A stretch of DNA of 64,000 nt from Babesia bigemina (Eukaryota). Position numbers and translations under genes: made by a program. Below the pieces are notes generated by a model. The model was given only the letters and a program-made list of their open reading frames with translations, made no database searches and was not told the DNA's origin. This document shows positions 1 through 12,500 of this stretch, in pieces. The stretch is taken from assembly GCF_000981445.1 (NCBI RefSeq), contig NC_027216.1:62001-126000 (forward strand). The letters are read 5' to 3'. The first letter of the stretch is position 1; the number at the start of each line of letters is the position of its first letter.

Positions 1-839
1 CCCGGACTGAAGGAATTAGGTTATTACTGGATCGACAAGGTGCAACCATTAACTTCTTACTTTACCTTAAACCGGCTGGTATATCGTATTTTTCAACCTG
101 CACGTGACGTAGCAGGCTAGGAGCAATAGTGGCACAATGCGATTTTAATGATTTATTTTACCAGTTGGCTACAGTGTCAGAAGGGTTAAATGCAAGATAT
201 TGGTGATCCGCACTGATCAACGTGTGAGTCTAACGCTACAGGCATAGATTGCTCCCAACGTAGCGCCCGGACTTCGAAGGCTAAGGCAGATGGGCCGGGA
301 GTGTGTAGACAGCAAAATACCACGCATATACGAATTACAACGCAATTCCGCTCACTGCAATCGCACAGAGATACTCAGAAAGCCACTCTTGTTCGCACAT
401 CGCGCTGGATCAATACAGCCCACCGGACGTTTACGCGACATCCACCGTTCCACGCGCGCAGGGCTGCAATGGACACATATATTGACAGATCTGTTTATAC
501 TCCACGGAACGTTGTGGTTTACTTACATTGAGAATCACAACGCATTTTAATGATCATAATCGGCTTAATCCACAAACACCCTAACTAAAGTGCAACACAC
601 TGGAAGTAAGCGTCGCCTCATCCAGACGTCATTTGCTGATACCGCTGCTAATGACACATTATGGTCTAACATAAAGCTCATCATGTCACATCATATACAA
701 CTTTTAACCAGCCCCTTATAACTTCGTCCGTTCGATAGAACACCACACTCCAGGTCTTGTAGTGACATCACATCGCGCGCACAGGTTCACCAGCCCATGA
801 GCAACCGAAGCATTACAATGCAAAATTAGCTTAATGAGT

Positions 840-1812
840 TTAAGCGTAGTATGGCACCGTGTCTGGTTTCACGAGGGTCTTGCCGGAGTTGAGGAAGCTG
901 GCGAACTCCTCGTAAATCGAGGGCTGCAGCTTGACTTGCCTCCACAAGTCTGGCGTGAGGTATCCGTATGTGGCCGATAGTGCTGCGAAAACGGCCTTCA
1001 AGAAGTTTCCCCTGGTCTTGGTGGATCCAGAGGAGCATGAGAAGCAGTCCTTCACACCGGCGAATGCGAGAAGCTTCTTGGTGGTGGGCGCTCCGACGAT
1101 CTGCGTACCCCTCGGGGCAGGTACCAACCTGGCCCTTACACTGCCACACTTGCCCGAGACCTTCATCGGGACCGTGTGCGGCTCGCCAATCATGTTACCC
1201 CAGTAGCCACGCCTGACTGGGATGAGCGAGAGCTTGGCCGAGATTATGGCGCCCCTAATGGCGGTAGCAACTTCCTTAGCGCACTTGGTGCCGAGTCCGC
1301 AGTGTCCGTCGAAATCACCGATGGCAACGAATACCTTGAACCTGGTCCTCTGTCCGGCGTTGGTCTGCTTCTGCACGGGTATGATCTTGACAACATCGTC
1401 GGCCAATTTCTTGTCGGTGAGAGTGGGCTGGTAGAAGTAGTCGATGATTTGGTACTCCTTGATGGGGATTGAGTGCAAGTAGATCTGCTCGATCGACTGG
1501 ATCAAACCGGCTGAAACCAGCCTGCCGAGCTTGGTGACCGGGACCCAGCTCTTGAGGTCGTCCTCGTTACCACCACGTCCCCTGCGTTGTTATGATCCAC
1601 AATGCCACTACACAACCACACCGACAGTTAATACACAACACAATTACGTGTGTACGTCGCCCACACGGCATAACATATCGCTACAATTAAAAGCTGGGCT
1701 TACCTGGAGGATGCGCGTCGCCCTCCGCGACCCCTTCCGAATCCTGAGCTGAAACCACCGCGTTCTGCGCAAGATAGTAAAGAATCTTTTGCTATGCAAA
1801 CTCACCCGCCAT
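840..1812 (-). CDS. RPS2: 40S ribosomal protein S2 (uS5); exons 1812-1806, 1764-1704, 1581-840
   Basis: RG-rich N-terminus ([17 protein letters not shown]), [26 protein letters not shown] and RRGYWG motifs; canonical GT-AG introns of 41 and 122 nt keep the frame. Confidence 0.97.
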
Positions 1813-2554
1813 TTTGTCGCTGTGCTCTAAGCGTCCGCTCGCTAAAGTGTGAATGAGTCCGTATGCCTGGCAACTTCCGTGCCGCCCAAAACGCCTGCAG
1901 TTGTGCGATCCGTTTTGGTCGTGATAATAAGTTATCACTAGCCTCTCCTATATAAAATATTGGGATGAGCAGGTGTGGTTTTGGTGGGTTCGGCCGCGGA
2001 GCCTTCCAAATACACGCATATGGGGTCTCCTGTCACGGCCGGGCGCGCTGTGACGACCTCCGTCGTAGGCCTTTTCCTCGGCCGCGTGGCCCTCATGTGG
2101 CAACAATTCACATATTTTGCAAGTATAGAAGTCGATTGTGCGTTAAGACGTATCGAGATTTCGGCTTGTGCCCTTCCTGTGCCATATTGTCGCCGTTAGC
2201 GCGCGGGCTGTATAGTTAGGACATCATCAGCTGCTACAGCGGTTATCATTATCATCACGTCTTTATTACTGTTGACGCCACCATGGCTGTTCCGCGGAAT
2301 TTAGTGGCCCCTTTTAGACATGTGTAGGAGCGTGATGCAAGGTCGAATCAAGCAGACCAATAATGACCAATTTTTGTCGAATTATATATCGTAAATGACG
2401 TATACATTCGATGTGTATGTGGTGTAGGCTGTAAATCGTGCGACACCGATCCTATGAGGGCCGCGAGTACGGCTGCCCCTTCCGGAGTACTGCCGCTAAT
2501 CCCATCCCACAGATGGCCACTTAACGTTTTCGCACTATGATGTAGCATTTACAT

Positions 2555-3097
2555 ATGATGCAGCGCCCTAGCTGGCATTCTGGTTCGATTCGTGTTTTAG
2601 GCGGCGCAACGCTGCTGTTGCTTTACGCTGCTTCTTTCCTCTGCAGCGCGGATTCCGACGGCGCTCGCGGCTCTCTGATAACAGAAGAATCTGACCGTTT
2701 TACCGTGTACTCGGTGAGCCTCAGCGATGTGCCGGTATTCGTGACTGCCGATGATTTTCACGTCGACCTGCTGGGCACGCAGTTTGCGCAGGTTGGTGCT
2801 ACTTATTTCCGTTAAAAACCGTTGGCAGATAACTGTTGATGGCTGCGGAGTTGAATGGAAAATCCGTTTGCATCAGGTTGGTTGCGTGCTTTCTGTCTAA
2901 CAGGTTGCGCAGAAAATTCCCTTCGGCTTAATTTTCTACCCCGAGTTCAGCGTAACGCTGGAGCGCCTGGAACGCACTACATCAACCTGGTAGTTTATCT
3001 GCGCGCTAATATTTTACGGTTTGCCAGGGTGGTTAAGGTTCGTATTCCCAAGTACTACGATTTGGAACCGATTCCGTTTTCGCGTGAGGAGCTGTGA
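2555..3097 (+). CDS. Small secretory-pathway protein with C-terminal REEL; possible HSP20/alpha-crystallin-like fold (4 exons)
   Basis: Hydrophobic leader (GATLLLLYAASFLCSA). Three short GT-AG introns join in frame to ...QFAQ|ITVDGCGVEWKIRLHQ|KIPFGLIFYPEFSVTLERLERTTSTW|VVKVRIPKYYDLEPIPFSREEL*. The fold call is inference from motif spacing. Confidence 0.6.
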
Positions 3098-3099
3098 AG

Positions 3100-4113
3100 A
3101 TGCGCTGCGATCGGCGTAGCACGACGCGGTTCGCCATAGCCTTGGCGTCTTTGTCCGTTCTCACAGCCGTTTTCATTGCTTGGTTTTACCAGCCACTCTC
3201 TCTGTTCAGTCCGGACACTGAATTCGTCGCTCGAGTTTACTTACCTGAGGTGCAGGGTGTTCGTATTCCGCACGTATGCGAGTTTGGCTCCAAGGCAGTT
3301 TTGCCATTCACCCAGGGCCTGCTGTTCACCTCCGAGCATACGTTGGTGGAAACATCGGGCCTATCGTCCCATAGTTTCCTGCGCGAGTTTTCTGCGTCCA
3401 CCGGTGCGACGCTCCGCCGTGTGGACCTTCCGAACGGCTACTTCGCCGAGGGCAGCGCACTGGTGGTGGAGCCGAGCACGCTGCGTCTGTATGTGATGGT
3501 GCTGACCTATACCGACAACGCGATTCTGCTGTACGACTATGCGTCTTTCGCCCTGGAGCACGTGTACAAGATGAGGTACGTGGGCTTCGGGCTGACTTCC
3601 AACTACGACATTCGTTGCAAAGATCGTTCGGAATTCGTAAGGCGCCAGAAGGTGTGGATGACTACGGGAGGGAGCGACCTGATATCGGTGTCGCTGCCGG
3701 ACTCTTTCAGGGAGGGCACCATAAACATCGCCGGCTCAGTGCCCATCACCCTAAACGGCCGGCGTCTGCTGTACGTGAACGAGATGGAGTACAACGTGCC
3801 GTCCGACACCGTGTACGGCAACATCTGGGGTAGCGACTACATCGTGGAAATAAGCCCGTATGATGGCAAGTGTCTAGCTCTGTGGGACCTGCGGACGCTG
3901 TCCTCCCAGCAGCCCACGGGCGTGGACGTTCTGAACGGCATCGCGTGCCACCCAAGCAAGCCCTACTGTATGGTTACTGGCAAGTTTTGGCCGCATCTGT
4001 ACAGCGTGACGTTCCCGAAAGGCTCTGCCAACGCGGTGGACGTCGCGGCTGCGTTTTACGAAAACTTTTGCGCGGCGGAGGGCGCTACATCATCACCGCA
4101 AGAAGCGCGTTGA
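3100..4113 (+). CDS. Glutaminyl cyclase (glutamine cyclotransferase), plant/bacterial beta-propeller type, with N-terminal membrane anchor
   Basis: Family motifs FTQGL, ETSGL, FAEG, GFGLT, NEMEY, YGNIWGSDYIVEI, DVLNGIA, VTGKFWP; hydrophobic segment FAIALASLSVLTAVFIAWF. First ATG at 3100. Confidence 0.9.
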   Translation: MRCDRRSTTRFAIALASLSVLTAVFIAWFYQPLSLFSPDTEFVARVYLPEVQGVRIPHVCEFGSKAVLPFTQGLLFTSEHTLVETSGLSSHSFLREFSASTGATLRRVDLPNGYFAEGSALVVEPSTLRLYVMVLTYTDNAILLYDYASFALEHVYKMRYVGFGLTSNYDIRCKDRSEFVRRQKVWMTTGGSDLISVSLPDSFREGTINIAGSVPITLNGRRLLYVNEMEYNVPSDTVYGNIWGSDYIVEISPYDGKCLALWDLRTLSSQQPTGVDVLNGIACHPSKPYCMVTGKFWPHLYSVTFPKGSANAVDVAAAFYENFCAAEGATSSPQEAR

Positions 4114-4609
4114 CGAGCTCTTCCACCTGGAGCATGCCATTTACCTCCTTGACGTTGAGGCTGTTGAAGAACTCCTCGATGTGTTCGTCCTGGAGGTGGT
4201 GGTTCGCCTTGAGTATGTACATCAGCGTGCCGCGGCTGACGGTTCCGCTGCTGTTTGGGTTGAGGTCCTGCGGACGCTGTGCGCCACTTTCCACTGCAAC
4301 TCACGTGTATAAGTTTCTGTAGTTCGTCTCTGGTGTACTGTCTGCTCCTGAGGTTTTCTGCGATGGCCGGGAGTTGTCCAGTGGTGACTTCGTCGGCGAT
4401 GATGTCGTTAACTTCCGCATCTCTGCCTCAAATTTGGATCACGCAATATCACCTCCGTACCTGACTGCTATTCCCATGGCCGAAATGGCGTCTACGGCGT
4501 CTTGCCTGGAGATGGTTCCGCCCTGCGCGTTGCCGAAGAGTAGCGCCGCTTCTTCCGCCTGCGCATTCCATGCGTTATTGCTGGCGAATCGTGTTACCTT
4601 TGCGTCCAT
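4085..4609 (-). CDS. Calmodulin-like EF-hand protein, myosin (essential) light chain-like (4 exons)
   Basis: Spliced product MDAK|AEEAALLFGNAQGGTISRQDAVDAISAMGIAVR|DAEVNDII...LIH|DLNPNSSGTVSRGTLMYILKANHHLQDEHIEEFF...; degenerate EF-hand pattern resembling apicomplexan myosin light chains. Confidence 0.7.
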
Positions 4610-4901
4610 GCTTCCAGCTCGTTGTGTGTGTACTAGATGTGTCAGCTGTGGTCACTGTTGTACCGCCGCGTCGCGGGTACACATTGGGTCGTCGTATGCA
4701 ACTTTCGACACATTTTTTCTTCGTGCGCTCCATATGCGCCTCCATGCGGTTAAAACGTCGTGATAAGTGCTGTTGACGCTGTCGTCACAGCGTTACCTTT
4801 GTACGCTGCACATCGCGTCGGCCTCTAGACAGGGCGTTGCAGCGTCGCGGTGATGGATTTGTCGCCGGTATGCATTGCTGCAGCCACCACTGGTGGATTC
4901 T

Positions 4902-6146
4902 ATGGTTGCTATTGTGATGCCGTCGTCCGGCAGGCGGTCTAGGCTCGCTGTACCCGTCGATTCCATTTGCGTGTTTCTACTGGTGAGTACAACCTTCGCC
5001 GCCTTCACGCTGCACAGACATACGCGTTAGCGCTGCAAGCTCAATGGACGACGACGGCACTTGCGCTGAAGCTCTGGTAGGTCTGCTTTCGGAGCGGCAC
5101 ATGTCCTTTAGGCCGGATCATCGTTTCGTGACGGTGCTCACGATAACGTGTCACACGGCAACGCTCTCTCTAGCCATGTGGTCGCACTGGATGTGCGCGA
5201 CTACTGACCCCGGTTATATCCCCGCGCTTAAGGGTTCGTTTGCGCATGTGTCATCTCCATCGCCGTTTCAGACGAGCACCTGATCTACGATGCCCTGCGC
5301 TGGGGGTTCACCGACTGCAACAAGTGCCGCTCCATCCGGCCGCGTCGCGCACACCACTGTAGGATTTGCAACCGTTGCGTGCTGCACATGGACCACCACT
5401 GTAAGTGCTGCCGTGGTTTGTCGCGGGGTGACACCGACTCAGGCCCGTGGATCAGCAACTGCGTGGGTCTGTTCAACCAGAAGTTCTTCCTGCAATACAC
5501 TGCAGTAAGCGCCCCTTTGTAATCCTCTGATGAGCGCGCAGTACGTCTTCCTGACTGGCTCGACCGAGCTTGCCCTCGCGAGCGTGATTGGCTACGAGAT
5601 GTACGACCTCTACCACCGTGACATTGATTCGCTTTTGTCGAAGTACGGGGTGTTCATGATCGTGTCAACTACCGTGAGTCTCTCTTGTTGACCGGCCATA
5701 CGTCTGCAGGTGCTTTACTTCGTGGCCATCCTGTTCACGATGTTCACGTTCATCCTCTTCGTCGACCAGATGTACCAGATATATCGCAACACCACGGCGA
5801 TAGACAAGCTGAAGAACATTTCCAACCGCGAGCAAAGTTTCATGCAAACTCTGACGCACTTGTTTGGGTGCCGCTTCTCCGTCACGTGGTAGGTCGCGGC
5901 TGTTTGTGCTGAGTCACCCGCAGGTTCCTCCCGCTTCCCATGAAACCCCGGTACTTCGGCGCTGAGCTGACCTGCGCGGACGTTGTGGCGCTGTCCGTGT
6001 TCGACGAGTCTGACGCGGTGCTGGCTGACCGCAACCACGAGCTGCAAGGGCTGGATGCGAAAGATGCCGACGCCCCGCGCCGAGTCTCGTGTTTCCACAA
6101 ACTGTTGTATCGTCGGGAAATATCCGATGATGTGGACACTGAATAA
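4902..6146 (+). CDS. DHHC palmitoyl acyltransferase (multi-exon; start codon uncertain, 4902 or 4917)
   Basis: TDPGY motif, then [47 protein letters not shown] across an intron, TM helices and a TTxD-like NTTAID motif. Confidence 0.9.
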
Positions 6147-6204
6147 TATGGTTATTACGTGTTATCCGATGATGTGGACACTGAATAATATGGTTATTAC
6201 GTGT
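6121..6204. repeat. Perfect 42-bp tandem duplication spanning the DHHC stop codon
   Basis: TATCCGATGATGTGGACACTGAATAATATGGTTATTACGTGT occurs at 6121-6162 and 6163-6204. Confidence 0.95.
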
Positions 6205-6535
6205 TTTGTGTCTGGTTCGGGTAACGGGCGCCCCGCGCGCCATACACCCTCGTGATTCCACGTTACAACAATGGTCGGCAGCGTTTCTGCCTCATCACTC
6301 CGATTACTTCGCACGTGGTGACGTGCTTTCTTGTCGTTTCGTCGGCATCTGCTTCATGTGCTGCGAACCCGGCAGCGTCTACTGCTTGCGCGGCCGCCTG
6401 TTTTTCATTTCGGCGCCTCTCTGTGGGCTCGGAGTCGCACACCCGCATGGCGCGCGTACAAGCGTAACTGTCGGACTTGGGTGTGCGCTACCGTAGGACA
6501 TAGCGTGCCGTTTTCGCCTCCGTAGCTGCTAGAGC

Positions 6536-9500
6536 ATGATCGCCACTGGCGACTGGGTCGGCAAAATGCCGCCTGTGGAGGCCCCGGACGGCTTCTATGG
6601 CGCCAGCGCCATTGATTCGTCGCGTATGGACTACTCTTCGCGTACAGACGGGACGGATGGAGTGGGTCCGTTGCACGGCCTTAGCGCTCGTGCGCCTAAG
6701 GGCGACGCATCAAACTCCGTTCTGGAGCGGTACAGCGGGGCTTTGGACATGCTGCGGAACCAGCTGTGGTGTATGCCGGCCAGCGGTAACGTGACATTCG
6801 AGGAAGGCTTTGCCGAGGAGGAGAGTTCTATGGGACATCAGTCGAGCCGTTCCAGTGATCCGTCACATCTCATCAAGGTTGAGCGCGACCTGTGTTCGCA
6901 GAGTTCAGTGTTTTTGAAACGGCTGCTGGTTCGAGCTGACCGGGTGCCTGCTTCAGTAATCGACAGCGTGCTTTCGGATAGGGGCGTGGTGCGGCGCCTG
7001 CGGAAACTGAACGACACCTTCACGTTCGGCAAGAGATTGTACCTGCCCCACGAGGACCTGCCTCCTGAAGTAATGAGTGCGGTGAACACTGCATGCGGTC
7101 TGTTCAACGGCAGCTGCGTGCCGGCGGTGATGTGGCCCTGCACGGACCGGAACGCGGACCACAACGAGCGCGTGACGATCACGGAATCGGCCGTGTTCGA
7201 GGCTCTCCAGATACACCGCCTGCTAAAACACAACCGAGGTACGTATGTGGAGTGGGGCCGCAGCGCCACTTCTGGCCATGCGGAGGCCGGCCCACTACCA
7301 ATCGACGTGACCGACTCCGCTGCGATTCGTGAGGTGTCTGACACGATTTTGGACGAGCTGTCATCCACCATGTGGTGTATCGGTTTCCTAGCTCTGCACC
7401 TGCGTTCGAAGAGTGATGACAAGTTGCGTAGGCACGCATCGGACCTGCTGTCTGACCCCGAGGAGCTCACGTCGAGGCTGTGGAAGTACTACCTCGCTTT
7501 CTCGGACCACGTGAAAATGCGGTGCACGCACCTGAAGGACATCGACAAGACGTTGAACGCCAATCTGAGCGGTCGTTTGGTGGTTGAGGTGCATCGCGTG
7601 TTGAGCCTGCAGTGCGCCATCGTGAAGGCGCTCTTGGACATCCACATGGGCACCCGCAGCATGAGCGTGTCGGAGTACGAGCGCTACGAAGCCCACTTCG
7701 AGAGGCGCGGCTTCAGCGGCGCGTTTTCGGCTGCTCGCACCGTGATTGGCGCTGACGAATGCGCCAGTTCGCCGCTGCTGATGCACGCAGTGCAGGAGCT
7801 GCAGTGCCTCGGTTCGTTGCTGCTGAGCAGTTTTTACTTGTACGACGCATTCGGCGACGGCAAATATGAAGTGACCAAGAAGGATTTCTTGTTGGATACA
7901 ACGGATTTAATGCGCAAGCAGCTGATGGTGTCCGGCAGGGGCCCTTCGGACAACAAATCGTCTGTGATCCTGGTCTTCGCCTACGCATGCTTCCTTAAGG
8001 ATCTGTCGCGTGAGAAGGATTATCGCAACGTGGACGCTTCGTTTGCGAGTGACGTCGCCATCCACGTCGACAATTACAGCGAATGTTTGGAATGGATCGT
8101 TCTTACACGGGACATGCTTAGCGTCTCTGGTTCTACGGCCGTCGCGACTTCCTCCTGCCGCCTGGTGTTGCTGGAGTCAATATGCCGCGTTATTGAGTGT
8201 TTCGGGATCGAAAAACTTCCTCATCTGGATCGCATTATTTTCTGTATTTGCCGGATTGTTAAAGGTGACGATTCCGTGTCAGACCGCAGTTATCGCAAAG
8301 CGAAGTTGTGGATCCTAGAACACGTGAGCAGTTATCTGATGTCTCACTTCCCTTTTGGCTTAAATGCGCTGTTCCAGCTGCTGGCTGCGTGCCTGCCGCA
8401 CAGCGCGGAGTCTCGCGACGATTCATTAATGGATGTGGACAGTGACTGCAGCACCATGGAGCTGGTGGTTAAGTTCTTGCTGAAGCCATTCGGCACCATC
8501 ACCCTGAGCCCGTTGATCACCCCGCTGGAGTACAAGGCGGACACCAACGAATTCGAGCTCAGTGGCGACGTTTACGTGGGGATTCAGCTGTTGCACATGT
8601 TGGGTTTTGACAAGCAGGTTCTGTTTGACCAGTGGTTCGCCTGGGGCCTGGGCAATTGCTTGTACTATCTGCGCTCTGGCAGCGTCGGGAAGCGTGTTTC
8701 GCTGAACAACCTACGTCACCTGTCTACGAAGCAGAACGAACTGCTTAACGCACACGAGAACTCGTGGGTGGTCGATGCCGGCATGCAGAACATTGCCCTC
8801 GACAGCTCGCTCGGCGCCTTTTGGATTCAGGAGTCCCAAATGCCGAAGCCGTCCGGTACATCCGGCTCTCTGAGCGGCTGCCGGTTTGAGCTTGAGAACG
8901 GCATGTGCGTCACGTGCTACACCACCGGCAAGCAGTCTGCCTCACAGCCGGAGCCGGCGCTGCACTTCACGCTGTTGCGCGCCATCTGGATTATATGGCG
9001 CGGTTCCATGCTGTACGTGCTGAATATGAACTGCGACCTACCGGATCACGCGCTTCGAACGTTTGTGGAGTGCAACGCTCTGTTGGTACGGCTGATAACG
9101 AAGTTCCCTCGGCTGGTGTCTCTGATCGAGGACCATATCGTATCAAGTCTTCATATGGGCGATGCTTCTAGCAAATTCCCCTTCGGCCCGTGCAGCCTGA
9201 TCTTCCACTACACGCTACTGTTCGTGTTGTGCCTCCAGCGGCGGCAGCTGCGCATAATGCTGCCCGAGGTCATCGAGGCGCTACGCGGTTTCCTGATTCC
9301 GGCGTACGTTGTGCCAGTGGGTGACAATGCCACCGAGGTTGAGTTCAGCCGGTACTGGATCTTTATGGAATCCTTCGAGTTCTGCTGCCAGGGCCTGGCG
9401 GATGAGTACGAAGCGCCCGTGTTTTTGTTGATGGATCGGATAATGCAGGAAGAGGAGCTCCCGATGCACATCTACCCCGTGACTCGCGGCGTGTTGCTGT

Positions 9501-12500
9501 TCTTCAAGGAGTTGCTGGAGCAGTGCCCTCCTGAGCTGTGGATGTTGAGTGGGTGGCATCACGGCATGCTGAACATGTCGCACACTTCGTTGGACATGGA
9601 GTCGAACAATGTGACGCACGGCCTGGGCCTGTCGTACCTCTCCTCGTTGAAACGCTACGTGGACGCCAATGCTCACAAATCTCGCGAGCTGTACAACCCG
9701 TTCCAGGCGAAGCTGCTGTGCGAATTCTTCGCTTTCGTCATGAAGGACGTGTCTCCCCGTGTTGCGGAGTTCGAGTTCGCCGACAACGGCGAGCGTTTGG
9801 ACATATTATGTGCCATCGCGGACATCGTGCAACTCATATGCCGCATCTTCCGTGTGCACAACTACGACAACTCCAAGTCTGAGATTGGTGGCGCGTCAAC
9901 CGAAACCTCCGACGACTCGTGGGTTCAGGGCCTCAAAGAGCTGATAAATCGTTGTCTGCTGATATTGTCTGGATCCAACTACATAATGGAGGTGATAAAC
10001 GCGTTGACTTGCCAAGTTGACATTCTGGCCTACCACCAAAGCAGGAGCGGGTCACTGGTTATGGTGAACCCGCTGACTTTCATCGAGGTGAGTTCGGACT
10101 TCTTCACCGTTCGCAAGGCCATCAAAAGCCGCACGGCTGTGCACATCACGTCTACCGCCGCTCCCGATTGCGGGTACGCGTCGTGTTATCAGTCGGCGTG
10201 CGGTTTCCGTTGGCTGTGCCAGCAGGAGTTTGTAAGCCTCTCCGGCAAGTCCAAGAGGCTAATTAGCTCATCGCTAAGGCTGCTGCGCGACCTGTACGTG
10301 GTGGCACTGCCACGTAACCGCAACCCTCTGTTTGCGACGTTGGCTGAGAGTTTGGGTTCGAATTATTTCGTGAACTGCCGGACCGAGGTTGAGCGTCGTC
10401 GCCGATATATGCAGTCATCGGACAAGGTGTTTGACTCTAACGACCCCGTGGCTTATTATGCGTCGAGACAGGTTGAGCTGCTGTGTGGTGGCCTTCCGGT
10501 AACGTCCGTCGTGCAGTCGCTTGTAGCGCACACGTACAGCGGCAGCACGGTGGCCGCGGCCACCGACATCCTATCGATGTACCTGCTACTGCACGAGCAG
10601 TACAAGCTTGACAGCGGCGCGCTCTTGGGCTCCTTCGTGATAAACAACAGCTCGGCGCTACAGCAGTTAGGGCACATGCGAGGGAATTACGACGTGATAT
10701 CGCAGAGTAGCAAGGACGAAGCGTGTCTATGTGAGCACCTGGTATGCGTATTTTTGGATCCCACCACTACCAGCTTCGAGACCCGTCTGTCGATAATGCA
10801 GTACATTTTGGTTGTCCTCAGCACGTGCAGTGGTATGGAGATGCTTCTGCGCAACGGCATTGACGTCGAGGCGCTGGTGGACTTCGTGGACTCGGTCCTC
10901 CGCTACCACGTACTGCACGGCCGGCGTCACAACCTGGGCGACGTGACCGTTGCCCAATACGCGCTGTTGATTTTCGCGCGGTTGGTGGAGCTGTCGAAGG
11001 GGGCGCACCGCGGCTATTGTTGGAGATCCGTGACACTGTCGTTACGTGTGTTGATTGACCTTTGGCGCTCATTCGACTCGAACCTGTTCGTTGACCCCGA
11101 AGTCGCGCTGAACCAGCAGGGCGTGGTTCCGAGGAGCACCATGGTGAAGGAGCTGTGGTTCGAGCAGGTGTCGCCTGACATGTACGTGGACATGTCCGAC
11201 TCCCTGTTGGAGCGCCGTCTTGGGCTGATGCGCATAATGGGCTCCGTGTATGCAGTATTGGACTGTATGAATGTCCAGCTGCGGTGCTCGAAGTCCAGCG
11301 GTCGGGAGCTTTTGGACGAGTTTCTGCGCCTGCTTTCCTTCGTCTCCACTAACTGGGATTTCATGGACACGTTGCTCCCCATAATCGTGTACGACTCCGG
11401 CTTCGTGGACACGTATGTGAGGAACGACGTCACGCAGAAGAACATGCGGCAGTACTACCGCCTCGGTTTGTGGCTGGGCGAGGACTCGATGTTGCCGCTT
11501 ACTCGCTGCTTGCACTACCTGCATGACATGAACGTGCCGCCCGAGCTTCTGCTGATGAGCGGCGATGCTCCGAGCGAGATAAATCCGCTGGATGCGCATG
11601 AGTTGCTGCATTCTGTGGTGTCGCAAAAGTTGGCGCGTTTGAAGAACCATGTCCCTGAGAAAACATCGCGTCATGATTTCTTCGCCGACATGCTTCGACC
11701 TCTGCTCAGTGATATAGTGGGTCCTCCAGAGGTGAACGGTTTCGAAAACCACCGTCCTAAGGTCAATTTTCTCGACGTGGAATCCCCGCGCAGCGACTCG
11801 GTGCACCCCGACTATTCGTTCTACAGTTTCGGCACCTCGAGTGAATTCGGCCATCGCTACATGATGGACGTGGAGATGTTCCGCCACTTTTGCATGGCGC
11901 TGCTGACGTCGGCGGATGATCAGGTGAACGTGCTGTTGTCTCGTGGTATGGCCAGCGTTCGCGGCTGCGTTGAAATGGTGCCGTACGTCGATTCCCTCAA
12001 CGAGCTAAAGCTCAGACTGCTGAGCCAGTTGTGCCATTTGGTGGCCAACTTCCGGTATTTCGGCAGCGACCTAGAGACCCGCATGGGCAAGCTTTTGCGC
12101 GCCGATGTATACGCGTGTGAGAAGGACTCGCAGCGCACGCTGAAGACCCCGATGCCGCCATTCGAGATGTTCGCGTTTAATGGCGCTATGCTGCTGCAAC
12201 TTGCGCTGACTCGCCCCGATTGCTTGTCTGAGCACCCTGTGTACGTGGGTCTGCTAATCGAGTTTCTGCGTCTGCTTTTCGAGAAAAGCTTCAGCCTGTC
12301 GCGTCTGGAGAGCAGCTTCGTGAGCTACTACGAGTGCTGCCGATCTGCCGACGCGTCTGATGGCGGTTTTGTGGATTACATCGTGAGTCGTGACTTAGTG
12401 GGTAGCGGCGACGCGGCGAGTGGGCCTGGCGATAAGGCCAAGCGTGGCAAAACTGCAAAGGACAAACCAGATGCCAATGCCAATGGCAACCGCGGCGAGG

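Noticed and set aside
1..830. Short ORFs and weak box C/D-like words at the window start
   Set aside because: Boxes are degenerate, I found no convincing rRNA guide, and the ORFs lack coding signal.
1582..1703. Possible snoRNA in the 122-nt RPS2 intron
   Set aside because: No C/D boxes or H/ACA-type hairpins on the host strand.
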